Shown here in pieces: positions 58,915 through 64,000 of a stretch of DNA of 64,000 nucleotides. A program made the translations under genes and the position numbers. The notes under the pieces were generated by a model. That model was not told the origin of the DNA. It was given only the letters and a program-made list of their open reading frames with translations, and made no database searches. This DNA comes from an uncultured archaeon (GTDB taxonomy: Archaea; Nanohalarchaeota; Nanosalinia; Nanosalinales; Nanosalinaceae): assembly GCA_964421955.1 (NCBI GenBank), contig CAYQYU010000003.1:1-64000 (forward strand), in the 5' to 3' direction. Position 1 is the first letter of the stretch. Each line of letters opens with the position of its first letter.

Positions 58915-59373
58915 ATGGATGTCAAAATTAGCTCGGTAAAGGAAAACCCGCTGCTAGGAAGACGGGAGGTAGAGGCAAGTATCGACCACGAAGGAGAGAA
59001 AACTCCTAGCGAGGAAGATATTGTGTCAAGAATCGCGGCCGAGAACAATCTCGACGAAGAGAACATCCAGGTTGACGGAATCTACACTGGCTTCGGCTCA
59101 CAGCATTCCAGGGCGGTACTCAAAGTTTTCGAGGACTTTGAATACGACGAGGAGCTTGAAGAGGAAACGATCGAAGAGGAAGAGACTGGAAGCGGAAAAG
59201 CAACCTCAGGAGAATCAAGCGATATCGACTACGAAGAGATCGTTTCCAGCACTATTACCGATGCGAAGGACGCGCTCGGGGAACTCGATGATCCGGACTA
59301 CGAGAAGGCGCTTGAAGCCGAGGAAGCAAACAAGGACAGAAAAACCTTCAAAGAATGGCTCGAAGCGCAATAA
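58915..59373 (+). CDS. rps24e: Ribosomal protein eS24 with C-terminal extension
   Basis: ENPLLGRREV...H....TPS, I.TGFG; extra acidic linker plus ~46-aa domain. Confidence 0.9.
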   Translation: MDVKISSVKENPLLGRREVEASIDHEGEKTPSEEDIVSRIAAENNLDEENIQVDGIYTGFGSQHSRAVLKVFEDFEYDEELEEETIEEEETGSGKATSGESSDIDYEEIVSSTITDAKDALGELDDPDYEKALEAEEANKDRKTFKEWLEAQ

Positions 59374-59410
59374 AGGTTAAAAATTAGGAGAGACAGAGGT
59401 GAATTATTGA

Positions 59411-59611
59411 ATGGCGATTTTAAGGGCTGAAGAAATACGCGAAATGGATACAGGAGAGCTGAAGGAGAAACTCACCGATCTACAGAAGGAGCTTGTTGAA
59501 GAGCGGGGCCAGATCGAAGTTGGAGGCTTCGCGGACAATCCAGGACGAATTGGAGAGATGAAAAAAACTATAGCGAAGATAAAGACTGTTCTCAACGAAC
59601 GTTCTGAATAA
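59411..59611 (+). CDS. rpl29: Ribosomal protein uL29
   Basis: EIREM...EL..KL..L.KEL, NPGRI..MKKTIAKIKT. Confidence 0.95.
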   Translation: MAILRAEEIREMDTGELKEKLTDLQKELVEERGQIEVGGFADNPGRIGEMKKTIAKIKTVLNERSE

Positions 59612-59667
59612 TGACTGAAATTCAAAGAATTTCTGGCTTGCAAAAGATCACCAGAGGTGATCTTTGA

Positions 59668-59979
59668 ATGGCAGATACATGTCCCAAGTGCGGAATGCCC
59701 GAAGACCTTTGCGTCTGTGATTCTATAGCCAAGGGCGAGCAGAAGATCAGCGTCAAACTCGACACCAGGAGCTTCGGAAAGGAGATGACCGTTGTCGAAG
59801 GCCTTGACGACGGAGAGGTCGATCTCGAAGATTTAGCGTCCACGCTCAAGTCAAAACTTGCCTGTGGAGGCACCGCGAAGAACGGTCAGATCCAGCTACA
59901 GGGAGACCACACCCGGCGCATAACAGAGGTTCTCGTGGAAGAAGGCTTCGAGGAATCCCAGATCGAAGTCAACGCATAG
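59668..59979 (+). CDS. sui1: Translation initiation factor aIF1 (SUI1)
   Basis: CP.CG.P..LCVC, LKSKLACGGT.K, LQGDH. Confidence 0.96.
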   Translation: MADTCPKCGMPEDLCVCDSIAKGEQKISVKLDTRSFGKEMTVVEGLDDGEVDLEDLASTLKSKLACGGTAKNGQIQLQGDHTRRITEVLVEEGFEESQIEVNA

Positions 59980-60019
59980 GCACCAAATAGAAAAGAATCA
60001 GACATCCAAAAGTTTTCTA

Positions 60020-61072
60020 ATGTCAGAAGATTTCATCCTGCCTCCAAAATTAGAGAAAGGAGACAAAATAGCAGTTATTGGAACCTCAAGCGGAGTACAA
60101 GAGTTCCCGAAAGTTCTTGAGATAGGAGTGAAGAGACTGGAAAACCGCTTCGGACTAAATCCCGTTGTTTATGATACAGCAAGGAAAAATACGGAGTATT
60201 TGAACAGTCACCCCGAGGAGAGAGCCGAAGAATTCATGCATGCCTTTGAAGACCCGGAAACAAAGGCAGTTATAGCCTTGACTGGAGGGGATGAACAGCT
60301 CAGAACACTGAAACACCTTGAGCCGGAAAGACTGAAGGATAATCCGACGAGGTTCTACGGCATCAGCGACAACACCAACATCCATATATACCTCTGGAGT
60401 CTCGGAATACAGAGCTTCTACGGCGGTCAAATACTTGACGATTTACTGGCTGAAGGAGAACTCGGAGAGTATAACTACAAATATCTAGAGAAAGCCTTCT
60501 TTGAGGATAGTCTTGGAGAACTCAAGCCCTCTGAAAAGTTCACTGACGAATTCTTTGATCTGTTCCAAGAAGAAATTGAGGATGACAGAAAACGTTTCGA
60601 CTCCCCAAACTGGGAGTTCTGGAACTTCGATGAAGAGGTTGAAGGCAGAGTTTTCGGAGGATGCTTCGAGATAATTAACTGGCAGATGGTAGTTCAGAGA
60701 TACTTACCTGAACCCAAAAAACTTGAAGACACAGTATTGGCGCTGGAAACTTCTGAGGAAGCGCCTTCAGGAACAGAGGTCAAGAGATGGCTCACATGTC
60801 TTGGAGAAAACGGGATTCTCGATAAATTCGCCGCAATAATTGTAGGAAGACCCCCGAGATCACCTCTTCACGGCGATAATAGGGGTGAAGAGGAGAAAAG
60901 AGAGTATCACAGAAACCAGAAGAAGATTATCAAGCAAGAAGTCGAAAGATACTGCCCAGACACTCCTATAGTCTTCGACATGGATTTCGGCCATACACAC
61001 CCTAAAATACCTCTAAAATCAGGGGGAAAAATCAGGATAGAGCCTGAAAACAGAGAGATAACCTCTCTCTGA
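60020..61072 (+). CDS. S66 peptidase (LD-carboxypeptidase/MccF family)
   Basis: PPKL.KGDKIAV, GGD, G.SD.T (Ser), LETSE (Glu), DFGHT.P (His). Confidence 0.92.
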   Translation: MSEDFILPPKLEKGDKIAVIGTSSGVQEFPKVLEIGVKRLENRFGLNPVVYDTARKNTEYLNSHPEERAEEFMHAFEDPETKAVIALTGGDEQLRTLKHLEPERLKDNPTRFYGISDNTNIHIYLWSLGIQSFYGGQILDDLLAEGELGEYNYKYLEKAFFEDSLGELKPSEKFTDEFFDLFQEEIEDDRKRFDSPNWEFWNFDEEVEGRVFGGCFEIINWQMVVQRYLPEPKKLEDTVLALETSEEAPSGTEVKRWLTCLGENGILDKFAAIIVGRPPRSPLHGDNRGEEEKREYHRNQKKIIKQEVERYCPDTPIVFDMDFGHTHPKIPLKSGGKIRIEPENREITSL

Positions 61073-61095
61073 AAACAAAAGTATGAAGAAACGTC

Positions 61096-61380
61096 ATGCC
61101 AATAACACCGGAAAACCTGCCGCGCCACGAACTCATCGGCCTTGAAGCAGAAGTCCTTGAGTCGACAGACGAGAACCAGATCGGGATTTCCGGAGAGGTG
61201 CTAGACGAGACCCAGAATATGCTCCGGATCGAGGACAGGAAGGTTGAGAAGGAGAACTGTGTCTTCCGCTTCACGCTGCCCGATGGAGAAAAAGTAAAAA
61301 TTGACGGCAAGCTGCTTGCGAAGCGGCCAGAGGATCGCGTCGGAATGAAATTGCCCGGCAAATGGGAGTACGTCGACTGA
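61096..61380 (+). CDS. rnp1: RNase P protein subunit Rpp29
   Basis: HELIGL...V, GI.G.V.DET.N.L, RPEDR. Confidence 0.93.
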   Translation: MPITPENLPRHELIGLEAEVLESTDENQIGISGEVLDETQNMLRIEDRKVEKENCVFRFTLPDGEKVKIDGKLLAKRPEDRVGMKLPGKWEYVD

Positions 61381-61453
61381 GTTTCAGTTTACTACAGGAA
61401 AACTGACAGCGATACACTTCCCTTTTAAAGGTTACCTTCACTTGTGAAGGATA

Positions 61454-61581
61454 CGAGCCAACTCCGTCTGGAGTCGGATGATAACCCGATGCTCATTGTC
61501 TGAGTATCTGGTTTGACTACGATACTCTGGAGCGGCGCGTAACCTTGAAAACCTACGTGTCCGTCTTTAGAGCTTATCTGA
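61454..61581 (+). ncRNA. Candidate structured non-coding RNA (unassigned family)
   Basis: Lies in a 248-bp non-coding gap with its own TTTTAAAG box ~25 nt upstream. Several helices with G-U pairs that work only on the + strand. Confidence 0.4.
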
Positions 61582-61628
61582 CCAACTGCAGGTGGTTTAA
61601 AAAGGTTGGTTTCGAGGATTGATTCACG

Positions 61629-61943
61629 ATGTCACTTGGACTCGATATTGAAACACCCGCAGAAGAATGCGAGGACAAGAACTGTCCCTTCCACGGAAAC
61701 GTCTCTGTGAGAGGCAGTTCTTTCACCGGAGAGGTAGAGTCCACGAAAATGGATAAATCCGCCACAGTCAGGTGGGAGTACTCGGAAAAGATTCCGAAGT
61801 ACGAGAGATACGAGCGAAGGAACACCAAGATCTCTGTCCACGTACCTGGGTGTCTCGATGTTGAAGAGGGAGACTCTGTCCGGGTGGTCGAAACCCGTCC
61901 GATCTCGAAGACCAAAAGCGCAGTAATCGTGGAGGTTCAATAG
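61629..61943 (+). CDS. rps17: Ribosomal protein uS17
   Basis: C.D.NCPFHG...RG, KYERYERR, ETRPISKTK. Confidence 0.97.
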   Translation: MSLGLDIETPAEECEDKNCPFHGNVSVRGSSFTGEVESTKMDKSATVRWEYSEKIPKYERYERRNTKISVHVPGCLDVEEGDSVRVVETRPISKTKSAVIVEVQ

Positions 61944-61945
61944 AT

Positions 61946-62344
61946 ATGAAACCCGTCGGCGCCAATATTACGCGAACCCTGGACAAGGGCGCATCACTGA
62001 CGTGTGCCGACAACTCAGGGGCAAAAAAGCTGGAGATCATCGGAGTCAAGGCAAGAAAAGGCCGCCGATCAAGAAGAGAATCCGCAGGAGTCGGCGATAT
62101 AGTTACCGTCAAGATTCTGAAGGGAGACCAGGAAGTAAAGCACCAGGTCTTCGACGCAGTAATTGTGAGACAGACAAAAGAATACCAGCGACCCTCGGGA
62201 ATGAGGATCGCCTTTGAAGACAACGCGGCAGTTCTAATTGAAGAGAACGGTCTTCCAAAGGGCTCTGTCACGAGAGGACCTATCGCAAAAGAAGTGGTTC
62301 AACGCTTCTCGCCAATTGGAAAGATCGCGTCGCAGGTAGTATGA
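61946..62344 (+). CDS. rpl14: Ribosomal protein uL14
   Basis: CADNSGAK, AVIVRQ.KEY.R..G.RI.FEDNAAV. Confidence 0.97.
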   Translation: MKPVGANITRTLDKGASLTCADNSGAKKLEIIGVKARKGRRSRRESAGVGDIVTVKILKGDQEVKHQVFDAVIVRQTKEYQRPSGMRIAFEDNAAVLIEENGLPKGSVTRGPIAKEVVQRFSPIGKIASQVV

Positions 62345-63069
62345 TTATGACACAGAAGACAGACAACTGGAGCAAGGAATGGAATTCGAGCACGAATCCA
62401 TCGAAGCAGAGGAAATACAGAGAAAACGCTCCGCTTCACGTAAAAGATAAGCTTGTATCTGCGAACCTCGCCCCGGAACTCAGGGAAGAGCTCGGGACAC
62501 GTTCAATTTCAATCAGGGCCGGCGACCGAGTAGAGGTTATGCGCGGCGATGAATCCGGCAGAGAAGGTATCGTCAGCAATATCGACCGGGAAAACGAGAG
62601 AGTGTACGTCAACGGTATCGAGGTCGAGAGAGTCGACGGAACCGAGATGGAGAAGGCTCTGAGGCCGTCAAACCTCCAGGTAACCGCACTGAATATTGAA
62701 GACAACAGGAGACTCGAGAAATACGATATTGAAGACGTCGAGGCGATCGGCGTTGAGGAAGAAGAGATGGAGGAGGCACTGGAAGAAGAGGAAGAAGGCG
62801 AAATGATGCAGCAGATGCAGCAGGGCGAGAGCTCTCTGGAAAAGGATGAAGAGGAGGAAGGAGAACTAGAGGCCGAAGAGGAAGAGACTGGAGAAGATAC
62901 CGAAACATCTTCCGCGGACTACGAAGAAATCCTATCCGGGACCATCTCGGACGCAAAAGACGCACTTGAAGACCTGGAAAATCCGGACTGGGAAGCCGCA
63001 CTAAAGGCCGAAGAATCCAACAAAAACCGCACAACATTCATCGACTGGCTCGAAAAAAGAGTTGAATAA
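62341..63069 (+). CDS. rpl24: Ribosomal protein uL24 with C-terminal extension
   Basis: S..PSKQRK...NAPLH, GDRVEVMRG, PSNL; long acidic linker plus ~46-aa domain. Confidence 0.93.
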   Translation: MIMTQKTDNWSKEWNSSTNPSKQRKYRENAPLHVKDKLVSANLAPELREELGTRSISIRAGDRVEVMRGDESGREGIVSNIDRENERVYVNGIEVERVDGTEMEKALRPSNLQVTALNIEDNRRLEKYDIEDVEAIGVEEEEMEEALEEEEEGEMMQQMQQGESSLEKDEEEEGELEAEEEETGEDTETSSADYEEILSGTISDAKDALEDLENPDWEAALKAEESNKNRTTFIDWLEKRVE

Positions 63070-63071
63070 TC

Positions 63072-63734
63072 ATGGCATACAACAAGAGACTACCGGCACC
63101 GAAGCACTATCCGATCGAGAGGAAGAAGGGCAGCTACGTCTCAACAATTGAAGGATCCCGCAGCAGGGAGGATGCGATCCCGGCAGTTCTTCTTCTGAGA
63201 GATGTGCTTGGATACGCGGAAAGCGACTCCGAGGCGAAAGAAATAGTTCAGAACAGAGATCTTCTCCGGAACGGAGAAGAGGTAAGAGATGTTAGACAGG
63301 GAATCGGCGTTCTTGACGTGGTGGAGATTCCGAAGGCCGAGGAGGCCTACCGGGTTCTGAGATCCGGGAGAAAGCTGAAGTTCGTGCCTGTAACCGACGC
63401 GGAAAAGATCGTCGCGAAGATCACGGGCAAGCGGTCGGAAGGCGATGAGCACGTTTACAGCCTCCATAACGGCGAGAACTACCGTACAGATGAAGACTAC
63501 GGTACAGGAAATACGCTGGTGTTCAACTCCTCGGTGAAGGAAATTGAACTTGAGGAGGGCGCCGAAGTAATCGTAATCGAAGGACGGCACGCCGGGGAGA
63601 TAGCGGAGCTCAAGCAGGTAAACGACCGGGGATTGAATGCGGACACCGGCCTCGTGGAATCAGAGAGCGAGTTCGAGACCCGACTCGAAAACCTTGTAGC
63701 AGTAGAAAACATCGAACTGGGTGAAACCCAATAA
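63072..63734 (+). CDS. rps4e: Ribosomal protein eS4
   Basis: KRL.AP..YPI.RK, LLRDVLGYA...EAK, GRHAGE; position after rpl24. Confidence 0.93.
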   Translation: MAYNKRLPAPKHYPIERKKGSYVSTIEGSRSREDAIPAVLLLRDVLGYAESDSEAKEIVQNRDLLRNGEEVRDVRQGIGVLDVVEIPKAEEAYRVLRSGRKLKFVPVTDAEKIVAKITGKRSEGDEHVYSLHNGENYRTDEDYGTGNTLVFNSSVKEIELEEGAEVIVIEGRHAGEIAELKQVNDRGLNADTGLVESESEFETRLENLVAVENIELGETQ

Positions 63735-64000
63735 TGGCAGCAGAACAGGAAATGAAACAGATCCAGATATCGAAAGTAGTGGTCAATATTGGCGCAGGAC
63801 AGGTCGGAGACGACGTTGAGAAAGCAGTTGACCTGCTCGAGAAGTTGACTGGAAGAGAAGCGGTGAGAACGGAGTCTGGTGAGAACTCGAAGACTTTCGG
63901 CCTAAGATCAGGATTGAATATTGGCGCAAAGGTAACTCTGAGAGGAGAAGAGGCCCGCGAGTTCCTGGAGAAAGTTCTACCCGCCGCAGATAATGAAATA
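63734..64000 (+). CDS. rpl5: Ribosomal protein uL5 (truncated by the window end)
   Basis: MAAEQEMKQIQISKVVVNIGAG...FGLRSGLNIGAKVTLRG, translated by hand. Confidence 0.95.
   Translation, partial: MAAEQEMKQIQISKVVVNIGAGQVGDDVEKAVDLLEKLTGREAVRTESGENSKTFGLRSGLNIGAKVTLRGEEAREFLEKVLPAADNEI

Noticed and set aside
61381-61628. RNase P RNA, SRP RNA, 5S rRNA or tRNA
   Set aside because: No GAGGAAAGTCC/P4 pairing, no SRP helix-8 motif, no 5S consensus, and no T-loop (GTTCRA) or anticodon geometry.
1-64000. CRISPR array, rRNA, tRNA, and the many short overlapping or antisense ORFs in the track
   Set aside because: No regularly spaced repeats or RNA gene signatures were seen by eye. The S/F/L-rich shadow ORFs are reverse-strand by-products of acidic coding sequence.

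Overview
Gene-dense archaeal chromosome segment. The proteome is strongly acidic (D/E-rich), intergenic spaces are short, and the information-processing genes are archaeal (gatDE, thermosome, RFC, aIF2-gamma, Rpo7/Spt4, eS6/eS24/eS4). This fits a halophilic DPANN archaeon, most likely Nanohaloarchaeota (inference, no database search). From left to right the window contains: (i) two paralogous repeat-rich secreted fibre/adhesin genes sharing identical DNA cassettes, separated by an HTH-MNT/HEPN toxin-antitoxin pair bounded by an 18-bp direct repeat; (ii) a first cassette of class III signal-peptide (pilin-like) genes; (iii) gatD/gatE/thermosome; (iv) a type IV pilus locus; (v) RFC, adenylate kinase, thioredoxin, MscS, ThiF, Lhr, a vWA/MoxR/DUF58 operon, MPE, MFS, a histone-fold protein, an orphan CheD-like gene and TrkAH; (vi) the translation/transcription superoperon, interrupted by a four-gene cluster (MscS fused to a C39-like peptidase, two RimK-like ATP-grasp proteins, a GCS2-type ligase) and by an S66 peptidase. 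The top candidates for novelty are the MscS-C39/ATP-grasp/GCS2 cluster, a shared ~46-aa domain appended to both eS24 and uL24, the cassette-sharing fibre genes with their repeat-bounded TA module, a candidate structured ncRNA between rnp1 and rps17, and dispersed intergenic hairpin elements. No rRNA, tRNA, CRISPR array or transposase was recognised. All calls were made by eye from motifs and gene context.
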